Positions 1 to 12,416 of a stretch of DNA of 64,000 nucleotides are shown piece by piece. This DNA comes from Candidatus Moanibacter sp. Its GTDB lineage: Bacteria; Verrucomicrobiota; Verrucomicrobiia; Opitutales; UBA2987. The position numbers were made by a program, and so were the translations under genes. Numbering within the stretch: position 1 is the stretch's first letter; every line of letters starts with the position of its first letter. The notes under the pieces are model-generated. The model ran no database searches, was not told where the DNA came from, and worked only from the letters and a program-made list of their open reading frames with translations. The stretch lies in assembly GCA_965215885.1 (NCBI GenBank), contig CBDCEW010000092.1, positions 1-64,000 of the forward strand, given 5' to 3'.

Positions 1-48
1 CCGACACCCAAGAGTCAGAGTAAAAGGGTTATAAGGGACAGTCTATCC

Positions 49-1969
49 AGACCTTATCCGAAAAGCTACTGATTGGCCGCAAAGAGGCGCAAAAGGCGCA
101 AGAAAAACTTGAGAAAAATCATTTTTTGGCTTGATAAAAAGTATCGCAACATGCTAGTGTTTAACAACCTAAGATTAAGAAAGGAGTTAAACATGCCAAC
201 ATGTGCGACAGAGGAGAACAAAAGCGATAAGACGCCCCTAAGCAACCTCATTCTGCCGGTTCCAGACACGGATTTCCGTGATTTTCTGGATGAAGTTGAA
301 GAATTGGCCGGGTTCGCGGCGCAAATCATCGAGGCGATCGAGAAGGATCTGGACGCCCATGCGCGTGAGAAGAAGAAACTTCGATTGGAAGATCGAAGGT
401 TCTTTGAAGGGCGCACAGCGGAGCTGCCGGAGCTGGACATCGAGGAGGAGAATATTCTGGCTGCTGAATTGAAGCTTGGGGCAGGCCGGCCGCGGATGCC
501 GGCTTATGCGGTATACGTGTTCGTGATGATTCGTGGGTTTCTCGGTTCGTTGACCACGAAACCGGCACGGCGGTTTCTGCGCGAGTCGATGAGCTTGTAC
601 GGATTTCTTGCAGAGGCGGGGGACTGAGGATGCCGGCGGTGACGACGATTCTGGAGAACGTGAACCTGGTCAGCCATAGGACCCTCGAGTTGATCTTTGA
701 TAAACAGATTGGGTTTATCCTCCAGGAGCAATGGGACGATTTCGGGAAGCTGACGATCGACAGCACCTCGGTGAAAGCAAACAGCTGCTGGCCCACCGAT
801 GGGAGGATTCTGAGCGGTCTTTTGATGCGGGCCAATCGTTTGGGTCAGAAGTTGCATGTCTTCGGGCTGGAGGATTTTCGCAAGGGATGGGTTGGGCGTT
901 GGCTGGAGGAAATGGACAAGCTGGAGTTTCAGATTTGTCTGGCCGCGGGCAAACCGAAGTCGAAGGGCAAGCTGAAGAAACACTACCGGCGGTTGCTCAA
1001 GCGGGGCCGCAAGGCGGCCGACTCACTAACGGGGGAACTGAGCCATCTTGAAGAGGGCCTGTCGATGGATTCACTGCCTCCCACTCGCCGGGAGCTTCTG
1101 GAGCGGGCATTGAGCCAGATCAGGGGCGATATTGCCGACGCCAAGCGGGTTGTTGAGTATGCTCATGATCGGGTGTTTCACGAAAAGAAGCTACCGTCCA
1201 CACAGAAGGTCCTGAGCCTCTCGGACGGATCGGCGGCCTACATCAAGAAGGGCAGCCGCAATCCAGTGATCGGGTACAAGCCACAACTGGTTCGCAGCGA
1301 AAACGGTTTTGTCACCAGCCTGATCGTACCGCAAGGCAACGCGGCAGACTCCATTGAGCTGGCGCCGGCCATCGGCGATTCGATCAAGCGCACCGGTGTC
1401 ATTGCTGAACTGGTCAGCACCGATGACGGATATGCTTCGGCGAAGGGACGCAAGGAGGTGCTGAGCATGGGGGTAAAGCAGATCAGTATCAGTGGGGCGA
1501 AGGGCAAGAAGTTGACCACCCCCGAGGACTGGGAGAGCGAGGCGTATCGCGAGGCACGCCGCGATCGCTCCGCAGTGGAGTCGCTGATGTTCACGATTAA
1601 AGATGGATTTGCCTTTGGCGAACTCGGCCGCCGCGGCATCGATGCGGTAGGCGATGAACTGCTCGAGAAGGTTCTGGCCTACAACTTCTGCCGCATCATA
1701 CTGATGAAGAAACGCCGAGGGGAGGAACTGGAACAGGCAGCCTGAATCTGACCGCTTTGAAGCTCAGAGAAAAAAGCACCACGGGATGAGTATGCCTCCA
1801 GACAGCGGCAAATATACGTATTGTGCAGCAAGCCACGCCGATGGCCGCTCAATACCTGCTCATCGGCAGCGCCGGCAGCCTAAAACCCGAAACCTGCCAG
1901 CCATAGGCTGGTCCGCCCGTGGCGGAGAACCTTAAACCGCCCGCTCGAAAGGCTTTTCGAATGGGGTCT
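49..1969 (+). mobile_element. Insertion sequence, IS5/ISNCY-like DDE element (~1.92 kb)
   Basis: Imperfect terminal inverted repeats AGACCTTATCCGAAAAGCT (49-67) and GGCTTTTCGAATGGGGTCT (1951-1969) enclose a transposase; no clean target duplication seen. Confidence 0.8.
193..1745 (+). CDS. DDE transposase, split by a frameshift near 605-630
   Basis: AAGGAG RBS before ATG193. Motifs IDSTSVKANSCWPTD, STDDGY and RSAVESLMFTIK. ORFs 73-627 and 630-1745 join if two extra homopolymer bases are removed. Confidence 0.85.
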
Positions 1970-2191
1970 ATCTAGTTCCTTCACAGTTTGTTCACCTATT
2001 TCGTCCATCCAGTCGTCGGACGAATCTCCGGAAAGAGTACCTTCCGCTGTGCTTCGAGTAAGGCTATACGTAAACTTTCCTTCCATTGGATCATTGAGAT
2101 TCCTCCAATGAGCGCAATAAAGACGCCTCATCAGAATAATATCCAAGGCAAAGGGAATTTGGTCTGATCCTCGAAATTTATATGCGATCAT
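1970..2191 (-). pseudogene. 5' fragment of a DUF2971-like protein truncated by the IS
   Basis: YKFR...LYCAHWRNLNDPMEG resembles the DUF2971-type N-terminal motif; the frame runs into the IS inverted repeat at 1969. Confidence 0.55.
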
Positions 2192-2342
2192 TCTCTTTCA
2201 CGTAACTAGCAGTTTGGGAGATTAAACGCACATCTGATTAGGTGCAATGAGCAGCTTCTGAGCAATACAGTATGAGCAACAACACAACCTCGCGGTTTCG
2301 AATAGAGGTTAAATGAAGGAGAGCATCCTACGCGGCATCGAA

Positions 2343-2434
2343 GACATTTCCAGATAGAGATCTAGAAATTCCTCACTCTTCACCTTCGTTGCCTTCCCCT
2401 TATAATTATTCAGAAACAGGCCCATGCCGCTCTC
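2343..2434 (-). pseudogene. Diverged copy of the integrase 3' end
   Basis: Aligns by eye to 4621-4713 and encodes ESGMGLFLNNYKG..EEFLDLY with a frameshift; begins directly after the TPR stop codon. Confidence 0.75.
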
Positions 2435-4497
2435 TCATCGCTCAATGGCACGAATACGCGCGGCCCGCTGTTCGAGCTCTTCGGCCTCCTGCTGCCGATC
2501 TGTCGCTCGATAAAGCGCAGCCATATTCTCAAGGGTGGTGGCCACATGGGGATGATCCGGCCCGAGAGCCTTTTCAACGATCGCCAGCGAGCGCTTGTAG
2601 AGCGGCTCGGCCTGCCGGTACTGGCCTTGGATTTTGTACAGCGCCGCGAGGTTGTTCAGGCTCGTGGCAACAGCGGGGTGATCGGGACCGAGAGCCTTCT
2701 CAACGATCGCCAGCGAGCGCTTGGAGAGCGGCTCGGCCTGCCCGTACTGGCCTTGGGTTCTGTACAGCCCCCCGAGGTTGTTCAGGCTCGCGGCCAAAGA
2801 GGGATGATCGGGACCGAGAGCCTTCTCAACGATCGCCAGCGACTGCTTCAGGAGCGGCTCGGCCTGCCCGTACTGGCCTTGGATTTTGTACAGCGCCGCG
2901 AGGTTGTTCAGGCTCGTGGCCACATCGGGATGATCGGGACCGAGAGCCTTCTCCCGGATCGCCAGCGACTGCTTCAGGAGCGGCTCGGCCTGCCCGTACT
3001 GGCCTTGGGCGTAGTAGAGCGCCGCGAGGTTGTTCAGGCTGGTGGCCACATCGGGATGATCGGGACCGAGAACCTTCTCAAGGATCGCCAGCGACTGCTT
3101 CAGGAGCGGCTCGGCCTGCCCGTACTGGCCTTGGGCGTAGTAGAGCAATGCGAGGTTGTTCAGGCTGTTGGCCACATCGGGATGATCGGGACCGAGAGCC
3201 TTCTCACGGATCGCCAGCGAGCGCTTGTAGAGCGGCTCGGCCTGCCCGTACTGGCCTTGGGTTCTGTACAGCTCCGCGAGGTTGTTCAGGCTGGTCGGGA
3301 TGATCGGGACCGGGCCTTCTCACGGATCGTCAGCGAGCGCTTGTAGATGCCCGTACTGGCCTTGGGTTCGTACAGCCCCGCGAGGTTGTTCAGGCTGGTG
3401 GCCACAGAGGGATGATTCGAGAGCCTTCTCCCGGATCGCCAGCGACTGCTTGTAGAGCGGCTCGGCTTGCCCGTACTGGCCTTGGTACAACACCGAGCGA
3501 GGCTCTCCCGGGCCCGACTGCTTGTAGAGCGGCTCGACTTGCCCGTATTGCCACATCGGGATGATCCGGCCCGAGAGCCTTCCCGGATCGCCAGCGAGCG
3601 CTTGGAGACTGCCCGTACTGGCCTTGGGTTCTGTACAGCTCCGCGAGGTTGTTCAGGCTGGTGGCAACAGCGGGATGATCGGGACCGAGAGCCTTCTCAC
3701 GGATCGTCAGCGAGCGCTTGGAGAGCGGCTCGGCCTGCCCGTACTGGCCTTGGGTTCTGTACAACTCCGCGAGGTTGTTCAGGCTGGTGGCCACAGAGGG
3801 ATGATTCGACCGAGAGCCTTCTCACGGATCGTCAGCGAGCGCGAGAGCGGCTCGGCCTGCCCGTACTGGCCCTGTACAACTCCGCGAGGTTGTTCCTGGT
3901 GGCCACAGAGGGATGATTCGGACCGAGAGCCTTCTCCCGAATCGCCAGCGACTGCTTGATAAGTGGCTCGGCCTGCGCATACTCGCCTTGGGCGTCGTAG
4001 AGTTCCCCGAGAATGTTTAGACTGGTGGCCACAGCGGGATGATCGAGACCATGCGTCTTCTCAAAGATCGCCAATGCCCGCTTGATAAGTGGCTCGGCCT
4101 GCGCATACTCGCCTTGGGCGTCGTAGAGTTCCCCGAGAATGTTTAGACTGGTGGCCACAGCGGGATGATCGAGACCATGCGTCTTCTCAAAGATCGCCAG
4201 CGCCCGCTTGATAAGTGGCTCGGCCTGCGCATACTTGCCTTGGGCGTCGTAGAGTTCCCCGAGAATATTTAGACTGGTAGCCAGATCGGGATGATCCGCA
4301 ACAGCGTTTTTCTCCGCGACCGCCAGAGCTGTCTTCGCCACGGTTACGGCACGGTCGTAGTTTCCCGCGCGATAAAGTTCATTCACCTCCTGCTTGAGGG
4401 TCTCCCATTCAGCGCCTGCGCCTTCCGCGAACACAGGGGATGTAGACACCAAAAAGAGTAATACCACCACGCCAATTCTCTTATTGCGTTTCATCAT
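2435..4497 (-). CDS. Secreted tetratricopeptide-repeat protein (kinesin-light-chain-like 42-aa repeats); middle garbled at ~3290-3900
   Basis: Signal-peptide-like N-terminus; many HPxVATSLNNLAxLYxxQGxYxQAEPL repeats with a 126-bp period across ORFs 3832-4497, 3390-3794 and 2435-3175. Confidence 0.9.
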
Positions 4498-4519
4498 GTC
4501 TTTGCGTCCTACTTTCCGC

Positions 4520-4576
4520 GGCTAACGATTTGTGTGAAGGACGATAGCGAGCGTTCCCTCGACGCACAGGTTAGCT
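4520..4576 (-). other. attC-like site (57 bp)
   Basis: Minus strand reads AGCTAAC-CTGTG-CGTCGAGGGAACG-loop-CGTCCTTCACAC-AAATC-GTTAGCC: paired AAC/GTT cores, 5-nt spacers and an imperfect inner stem with unpaired bases. Confidence 0.55.
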
Positions 4577-4605
4577 AATAATCAGTTCTCATTCTTGGGG
4601 GTAGG

Positions 4606-5313
4606 CTAATTTGTGTCCAAGATATTTTCCGGATAGAGATCCAGAAATTCTTCCCCCTCCGCCTTCGTCGCCTTCCCCTTGTAATTATTCAGAAACAGCC
4701 CCATACCGCTTTCATGGCGAAGAATCGCAATCGTCGCTGCCGCATCACGGCGGGCAGCATAGTGGTAAGTCGCAAACGTATGCCTGGCTGCATTCACCGG
4801 CCATCGCTCCATCCCCGCTTCTGCATAGGCCGTCCGCAGCCGCTTGTCATAATTCTTCGGGAAGATCGGACCCTTCTTAGCAACGAAGGCCTCGAGCCGC
4901 AGCCACTTGTCGTAATTCTTCGGGAAGATCGGATCCTCCTTAGCAGCGAAAGCCTCGAACCACGCCCACAACACCTCGGGCAGATTCTCCAGAAAATCCT
5001 CCTTCCGCGTCTTGCTCACATGGGGCAGAATCGAAATGCTCCGCTCCTCGAAATTCAGGTGCGCCCAATCCATGCGCTGAAGCTCATACCGTCGTATGCC
5101 GGTAAAAAACTGAACTTCGAGACAAGCCCTTAGAATCTCATCGGCCGCCCGCAACACATTGGCCACCTGGTCGACCGACAAAAACTCAATCCTTCTATCC
5201 TCCTTTGGCAGCTCCAGCAGCAACCCACGCTGCACCGGATTGACGTGGAGTAGGGGAGGGTCACAGCGATACGCCCAGTTGAATAACCACCTTATCGCTT
5301 CGAGCGAGCTCAT
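4606..5313 (-). pseudogene. Tyrosine recombinase/integrase, catalytic domain only
   Basis: FFTGIRRYEL (R), NAARHTFATYH (xxxRH), ILRH...Y motifs; N-terminal arm/core-binding domains are missing. Confidence 0.85.
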
Positions 5314-5620
5314 TCCATGCCTCTCCGTGAGCTCGCTGGATACGAGATATTCGCTCCTCTCCCATCGTGACTCTCAATCGTAATCTTCAGTCGATCTTCT
5401 CTTATTCGATTTTAGATTACGATTAGGATCACGACTGGAAGATCCCACCGCTTCCCTCTCTTCCCTTCTCCCTGTCACCGTGTGTTTCGGTGCTTCCTTG
5501 GCTTGCCATAGCCCGTATGGGCGACGGCGGCTCCGTGGTGCTCTCTGTACATCCTCCGTAGCTTTAGCGAAGGAGGGTGACCCCTCTTCTGTTTTGTCGG
5601 TCTTGGGCGGCCGTAAGACT

Positions 5621-5830
5621 CTAAATCGGTCGATCGACCATTTCCAGGAATATCGTTCCGGAATAGGGATACCTTGCCGCTACATCCTCGTTTAATTCGA
5701 TGCCCAGTCCGGGTTTATCGGAAGGGATAATGTAGCCATCTTCCCACCTGATTGGCTCCTGGAGTATCTCCGCATGGAAACCACCATATTTCTCGATACT
5801 TTCCTGGATGAGGAAATTCGGGCTGCACGT
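5621..5830 (-). pseudogene. 3' fragment of a mandelate racemase/galactonate dehydratase-family gene
   Basis: Manual translation: TCSPNFLIQESIEKYGGFHAEILQEPIRWEDGYIIPSDKPGLGIELNEDVAARYPY...*; contains the enolase-superfamily PGLGIE tail; no 5' part. Confidence 0.75.
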
Positions 5831-5880
5831 CTATACCCCGAAACGAATTGCGAGCTCGTAACCATCATTCATTTCAAGAG

Positions 5881-6075
5881 TCAGTCAGAAAGCTTCTCTT
5901 TCAGCTCATCCAGGCTCAGCCAGTGCTCCGGATTCGTATCCCCTTTTAACTCTCTTAATTCTTTTCTGAAATCTGGATCACGGTTAAGACGCAATACCGT
6001 CAGGTATGCTGCCAGATGGTCCTGATCTTTTGGGGGCCAATTCTGGATCTCTTCTTTTACTTCCACGATGCTCAT
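5881..6075 (-). CDS. Small addiction-module antitoxin-like protein (64 aa)
   Basis: MSIVEVKEEIQNWP...WLSLDELKEKL has the size and pattern of RelE/ParE-associated antitoxins; followed by a 13-codon stub (MNDGYELAIRFGV*). Confidence 0.5.
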   Translation of the reverse strand: MSIVEVKEEIQNWPPKDQDHLAAYLTVLRLNRDPDFRKELRELKGDTNPEHWLSLDELKEKLSD

Positions 6076-6242
6076 GTTGATTTGATAAGCGATTTCATTT
6101 GTTTCTTCCAGATAAAATCTGTTTTTCTGCCGGCTGGTATATTGGCAGATTATACGCTTGCTCAGTCACGTCTTGCAGTTGCACACCGGACACCACCCCA
6201 GCGCGCGCCTGTCGCGCGCTGCTCAGATTTTGGCGACGCCAG

Positions 6243-6409
6243 AATCTGGCAGAGAGGGAGGGATTGGCTGCCCTGAGGGGCAGGTGCTGCGCACTGACAC
6301 CTGCGGCGTCACCTACGTTCGCTCACCTTGTTCGCTCTCGGTTCAAACCCTCTCCTCGGGTTCGAAGCCCTCCCTCAGATTTTGGCGAGAAGGTGTTGCG
6401 CGTGATGGC
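6243..6409. repeat. tRNA-Ser 3'-end-derived direct and inverted copies
   Basis: 6243-6265 is a direct copy of 6641-6663 (1 mismatch); 6358-6409 is an inverted copy of 6613-6670 with a 6-bp gap. Confidence 0.85.
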
Positions 6410-6644
6410 AAATATGCTGGTTCGATGTTTGAAGCAAGGGGTCAAGCCTTAGAAGTGTCAATTTTTCGGGGTCAGCCGCCTTAACAAATTACCTGGAGCG
6501 TGCGGAGGGTGGTTTGGAAGGCCTGACCCCCTATGCGAAGCGGAAAAATGGACACTTCTTAAGGTCATGACCCCGACCGGCGAATATATCTGCAAAAACT
6601 TTAAGCCCATAGGCCATCACGCGATACACCTTCTCGCCAAAATC

Positions 6645-6735
<91 letters not shown>

Positions 6736-7084
6736 GGAGAAAATCGAGAACTGGGGACAAGAATGAGGCCGGAAGATGGGTTAATCAAGAGGGAAGAATA
6801 GACGAAGAGAAGTGAATCCCGGCAAGCCGGGACTTCGCTGCGCTCAGCAGTGGAAAGTAAACATTGGGGGAATCGAGTGCTCAGGGCAGTTGAGAGAGAG
6901 CCGGAAAGAAAGAGGAAAGAATTCTCATCCCGGCAAGCCGGGACAAAGACGCAAAGGGGAAAGGAAAGGGGGAATCATTTGGTACAACATTTCTGGAGAG
7001 TGCCTGCCTTCCGACCAAAGCCAAGAGGGCAACTTTTGGTGTTCCATATTCGCGCCGTCCAATCCGTGTTGCAATCCGGCACCA

Positions 7085-7321
7085 CCTCGGTTTTTGAGCA
7101 AATTTGTCTTACAACAGGATGGTATTCAACGGATTGTGATCGACAAGGTTCGCGACGAGGTTCGCGACGAGGTTTCCAAGGGAAGTAGGAGTTTCCTTCT
7201 GCATTTGCGTCCATTTGCGTGGTCTGCCGTACGGCAGAACGGTTCTCTTCTTCTTTTTTGGTTGCCCGTTCGAGAGCCTCAGGGCCCTGAGCTTGTCGCA
7301 GGGCGGCTCTGCTGCGCCAGG
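7085..7321 (-). repeat. Composite intergenic repeat; related copies at 38413-38640 and 47745-48170 (tandem), partial at 49610-49730
   Basis: Shared modules CCTAGCGCAGC..AGCCGCAACCAAA, AACCGCAGATG.ACGC.AATGGACGC.AATG and CAAAAACTTGCT. Confidence 0.8.
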
Positions 7322-7467
7322 ATATCCGCGGTCAATTCAATCTCCGCTGTTCATTCTTTCGTCTTTCGTTGGTTGCATTGTGAATCTACGGATATACAGA
7401 ACTTGCTTGCATAAGACTGCATCCCTCCTATTTCAGGTGTGTATCAGGGTAAGAGTGAGATTCTTGA

Positions 7468-8835
<1,368 letters not shown>

Positions 8836-9203
8836 ATCTTACCTCGAAACTTGTATGCAATTTGCGCAGATAGACTGTTTAAATCAGCAACAAATAGCTA
8901 AATCATAGCAAGTTCAGTGACACAGAGCACCACAGAGAAGCCTAGCGCAGCAGAGCCGCAATCAAAGGTATGAGTTAGCAACGAATGGGGAAGAAATTTG
9001 AACAGAAGGAAACAGAGGAAGACGAAGAGGAAGGAATTTTCACGCAAAGCAAAGGCGCAAAGGTTGAAGAGGAACAAGTCCATATTACTTGAACATCAAC
9101 CGGTTATATTTTCGGATATGAGATTTCTTCTCTAGGAAACAGGCTTTTTCAAGTTTGTAGTACAGAGAAGCACGGAGGACCACGGAGAATGTTACTTGGA
9201 AGA

Positions 9204-9387
9204 GTAGAAAGTTGGGCGGAATCGACTTCGCCTGCTCTGCGGTACGGCAGAGTAAATAACGGGCAGAGAGGCATTTACGAAAGCGGTTTTTCTTGGCTCA
9301 GAATCAGGTCGCGCTCTCGTAAATGCCTCTCTGTCCGTTTCAACCGCGCTTCGCGCGAGGCGAAGTCGATTCCTCCCAACTTTCTAC
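9204..9387. repeat. Branched palindromic element with GTAG...CTAC ends; homologue at 38704-41335 split by an IS
   Basis: Outer arms GTAGAAAGTTGGGCGGAATCGACTTCGCCT / AGGCGAAGTCGATTCCTCCCAACTTTCTAC, 28-bp inner arms and a side hairpin on each flank. Confidence 0.85.
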
Positions 9388-9705
9388 CCCGTAGGAAGAC
9401 TTCTGTTTCTTCTGCTCCATTCCTATCGATGCAGTGGTCAAGGTGGAGTGGGAGTCACCAGCGCTTGAACGCCCATCCCGAAGGAAAGCAAGCTACCAAA
9501 TTCGCGCTGACATTGTCCACGCAAGTCACCTCTGTGTGGCTCTGTGTCCCGGCAAGCCCGGGATGGCCCTCTGTGACCCCTCTTATGCCCGATCAGCCAT
9601 CCAGTTTGTTTGCCCGTTCGAGAGCCTCAGGGCCCCGAGCTTGTCGCAGGGCGGCCGCAGGCTGCCTTAAGTACTCGAGTTCGTGATCGTTAGAAATCGA
9701 CACCC

Positions 9706-10914
9706 GTGAAGTTCCTGCGAGACATTCTCGACACCCTGCATCCGCAGTTTGAAAGAGGCGGAAAGCTGGAAAAGCTCTACCCGCTTTATGAGGGGTTCGA
9801 CACTTTTCTCTACACTCCCGGTGAGGTGACGGAGGGGGCCTCGCATGTCCGCGACGGAATGGATCTGAAGCGGATGATGACGACCGTAGCGTTCGCCCTT
9901 TTGCCCTGCATTCTTATGGCGATGTATAACACCGGGTATCAGGCCAATGCTGCCATGGAGGCAATGGGAGTGACCAGCGCGGGAGGTTGGCGAGGGGCTT
10001 GCATGGATGTGCTTGGTGTCGGCTATGACGCTCAAAGTGTAATCTCTAATTTTCTACATGGTGCGCTCTACTTTATTCCGATTTTCCTGGTATGCAATAT
10101 AGCGGGAGGGGCCTGGGAGGTCCTCTTCGCCACGATTAGAAGACATGAAATTAACGAAGGCTTCCTCGTCACAGGGTTGCTTTTCCCGCTCATCCTTCCG
10201 CCCACCATACCACTCTGGCAGGTGGCCGTGGGCATCTCCTTCGGGGTCGTTATCGGGAAAGAGGTATTCGGAGGCACGGGTAAGAATTTTCTCAATCCTG
10301 CGCTTACGGCGCGCGCTTTTGTATTCTTCGCCTATCCGGCTCAAATGAGCGGCGATTTTGTCTGGACCGCGGTCGACGGGTTCAGCGGAGCCACTCCCCT
10401 TGGCCTCGTGGCGGCGGAGAATATGGAGGCGCTTACTGCTAACGTCACCTGGATGCAGGCCTTTTTGGGGCAGATTCAGGGCTCCGTGGGCGAAACATCG
10501 ACCTTGGCCTGCCTCTTCGGCGCCGCCGTGCTGTTCCTCACCGGAGTCGGCTCGAAGCGTATTATGGTAAGCGTCATGGCGGGTGCACTCCTTACTTCCG
10601 GCCTCTTCTATTTGGTCGGTAGTGATTCCAACTCCATGTTTGCGATGAGCCCGGCCTGGCATATTGTGCTGGGGGGATTTGCCTTTGGATTGGTGTTTAT
10701 GGCGACCGATCCGGTATCCGCATCAATGACGGAAACCGGACAGTGGATCTACGGCTTCCTGATTGGTTTCATGGTGATCCTGGTGCGTGTCATCAATCCC
10801 GCCTTTCCCGAAGGTATGATGCTGTCGATTCTTTTCGGGAACGTTTTCGCGCCGCTTATTGACGAATTTGTATTAAAAGCCCATATTAAGAGGCGAATGT
10901 TAAGAAATGCGTAA
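9706..10914 (+). CDS. nqrB: Na+-NQR subunit B
   Basis: [35 protein letters not shown] site [12 protein letters not shown]. Confidence 0.97.
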   Translation: MKFLRDILDTLHPQFERGGKLEKLYPLYEGFDTFLYTPGEVTEGASHVRDGMDLKRMMTTVAFALLPCILMAMYNTGYQANAAMEAMGVTSAGGWRGACMDVLGVGYDAQSVISNFLHGALYFIPIFLVCNIAGGAWEVLFATIRRHEINEGFLVTGLLFPLILPPTIPLWQVAVGISFGVVIGKEVFGGTGKNFLNPALTARAFVFFAYPAQMSGDFVWTAVDGFSGATPLGLVAAENMEALTANVTWMQAFLGQIQGSVGETSTLACLFGAAVLFLTGVGSKRIMVSVMAGALLTSGLFYLVGSDSNSMFAMSPAWHIVLGGFAFGLVFMATDPVSASMTETGQWIYGFLIGFMVILVRVINPAFPEGMMLSILFGNVFAPLIDEFVLKAHIKRRMLRNA

Positions 10915-11683
10915 GGACACCATCCGAAATACGCTCCTTGTGGCGGCGCTTCTCTCGATCGTCTGTTCCGTTGTCGTTTCGAGCGCCGCTGTCTTGTTGC
11001 GGCCGAATCAAGCGAAAAATAAAGATCTCGATCGGAAGAAGAACATTCTGATGGCGGCTGGTTTACTCGAGGAAGGTAAGTCGATCGAGGAGCTTTTTGC
11101 GCAGTTTGAAATTAGAATCGTCGATCTCGAATCCGGCGCCTACAATGACGCCATTGAGGCTGCGACTTTCGACCAGCGAAAATCGGCCAAAAGCCTGGAA
11201 GATAGTATTGTGATTGAAAAGTCCGACGACTTCGCAGGGATAAAACGGAGGTCCAAGAATGCTCTCGTTTATCTGGCGAAGGACGGTGGCGGCGAAATTA
11301 ATCAGCTGATACTTCCAGTACACGGGAGGGGATTATGGTCTACCATGTATGGGTTTCTTGCACTCGACGGCGATCTCACAACGATAAACGGATTCGCTTA
11401 CTACGAACATGGAGAGACGCCAGGACTTGGTGGGGAAATCGAAAATCCTCTCTGGAAGGCGCTATGGATTGGTAAAAAGGCTTTTGATGAGAGCTGGAAT
11501 ACTCGCATAACCGTCCTGAAGGGAAAGGTGAACCCGCAAAGCCCCGATATTCGCCATCAGGTCGATGGACTTTCAGGCGCTACCATTACCTCCCGAGGAG
11601 TGAGGGATACGTTGAAATACTGGCTGGGGAGCAATGGATTTGGCCTTTATCTAACACGCCTTAGGAACGAGAAGGGAATCTAA
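10907..11683 (+). CDS. nqrC: Na+-NQR subunit C
   Basis: [35 protein letters not shown]. Confidence 0.97.
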   Translation: MRKDTIRNTLLVAALLSIVCSVVVSSAAVLLRPNQAKNKDLDRKKNILMAAGLLEEGKSIEELFAQFEIRIVDLESGAYNDAIEAATFDQRKSAKSLEDSIVIEKSDDFAGIKRRSKNALVYLAKDGGGEINQLILPVHGRGLWSTMYGFLALDGDLTTINGFAYYEHGETPGLGGEIENPLWKALWIGKKAFDESWNTRITVLKGKVNPQSPDIRHQVDGLSGATITSRGVRDTLKYWLGSNGFGLYLTRLRNEKGI

Positions 11684-11684
11684 G

Positions 11685-12308
11685 ATGGCGGATAAACCGA
11701 AAAAAGTCCTTCTCGACCCCTTGTTTAACAACAACCCTATCGGGCTGCAGGTGTTGGGTATCTGTTCCGCTCTGGCCATTACGGCCAAACTGGAGACGGT
11801 GTTTGTCATGTCCCTGGCCGTGATATTCGTGCTGGGCTGCTCCAATGCCAGCGTCAGTTTCATCCGCAATCATATACCGAACAGCATTCGGATCATATGC
11901 CAGATGACGATTATCGCTTCCCTCGTAATCCTCGTCGACCAGATCCTCAAAGCTTACGCCTACGATCTCAGCAAGCAGCTCTCAATATTCGTTGGGTTGA
12001 TCATCACCAACTGTATCGTAATGGGACGCGCGGAAGCGTTCGCCATGAAGGAGTCTGTCTGGATCAGTTTCGTCGACGGCATCGGGAACGGCCTCGGATA
12101 CAGCCTGATCCTGATCATCGTGGGTATATTCCGGGAGCTTTTCGGTTCGGGGAGGCTATTCGACATTGTCCTGCTACCGCTTTCCAATGAGGGGGGATGG
12201 TACGTGTCGAATGGAATGATGCTGCTGCCACCGAGCGCATTTTTCATAATCGGCTTGTTCATATGGGTATTAAGAATCTGGAAAACAGAGCAGATGGAAG
12301 AAGACTAG
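11685..12308 (+). CDS. nqrD: Na+-NQR subunit D
   Basis: [33 protein letters not shown]. Confidence 0.97.
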   Translation: MADKPKKVLLDPLFNNNPIGLQVLGICSALAITAKLETVFVMSLAVIFVLGCSNASVSFIRNHIPNSIRIICQMTIIASLVILVDQILKAYAYDLSKQLSIFVGLIITNCIVMGRAEAFAMKESVWISFVDGIGNGLGYSLILIIVGIFRELFGSGRLFDIVLLPLSNEGGWYVSNGMMLLPPSAFFIIGLFIWVLRIWKTEQMEED

Positions 12309-12416
12309 GAATCTGTCGGTCTTTATGCCTCTTTCGAAATAGGCATAAAGTCTGGAAAGTTTCTAGAAACAAGAAAATGAAACTGAAGTTTAGTGGAAGA
12401 GAACTCCAAGAGTGCT

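Noticed and set aside
2195..2320. Second attC site before the DUF2971-like gene
   Set aside because: ATTTAAC...GTTACGT ends exist on the minus strand, but the cores pair poorly and I found no convincing inner stem.
2389..3959. Long plus-strand ORFs (304, 266, 149 and 132 aa)
   Set aside because: Antisense shadows of the TPR repeats.
2435..4300. Regular repeats that could be taken for a CRISPR array
   Set aside because: The 126-bp period encodes 42-aa TPR units, with no unique spacers and no cas genes.
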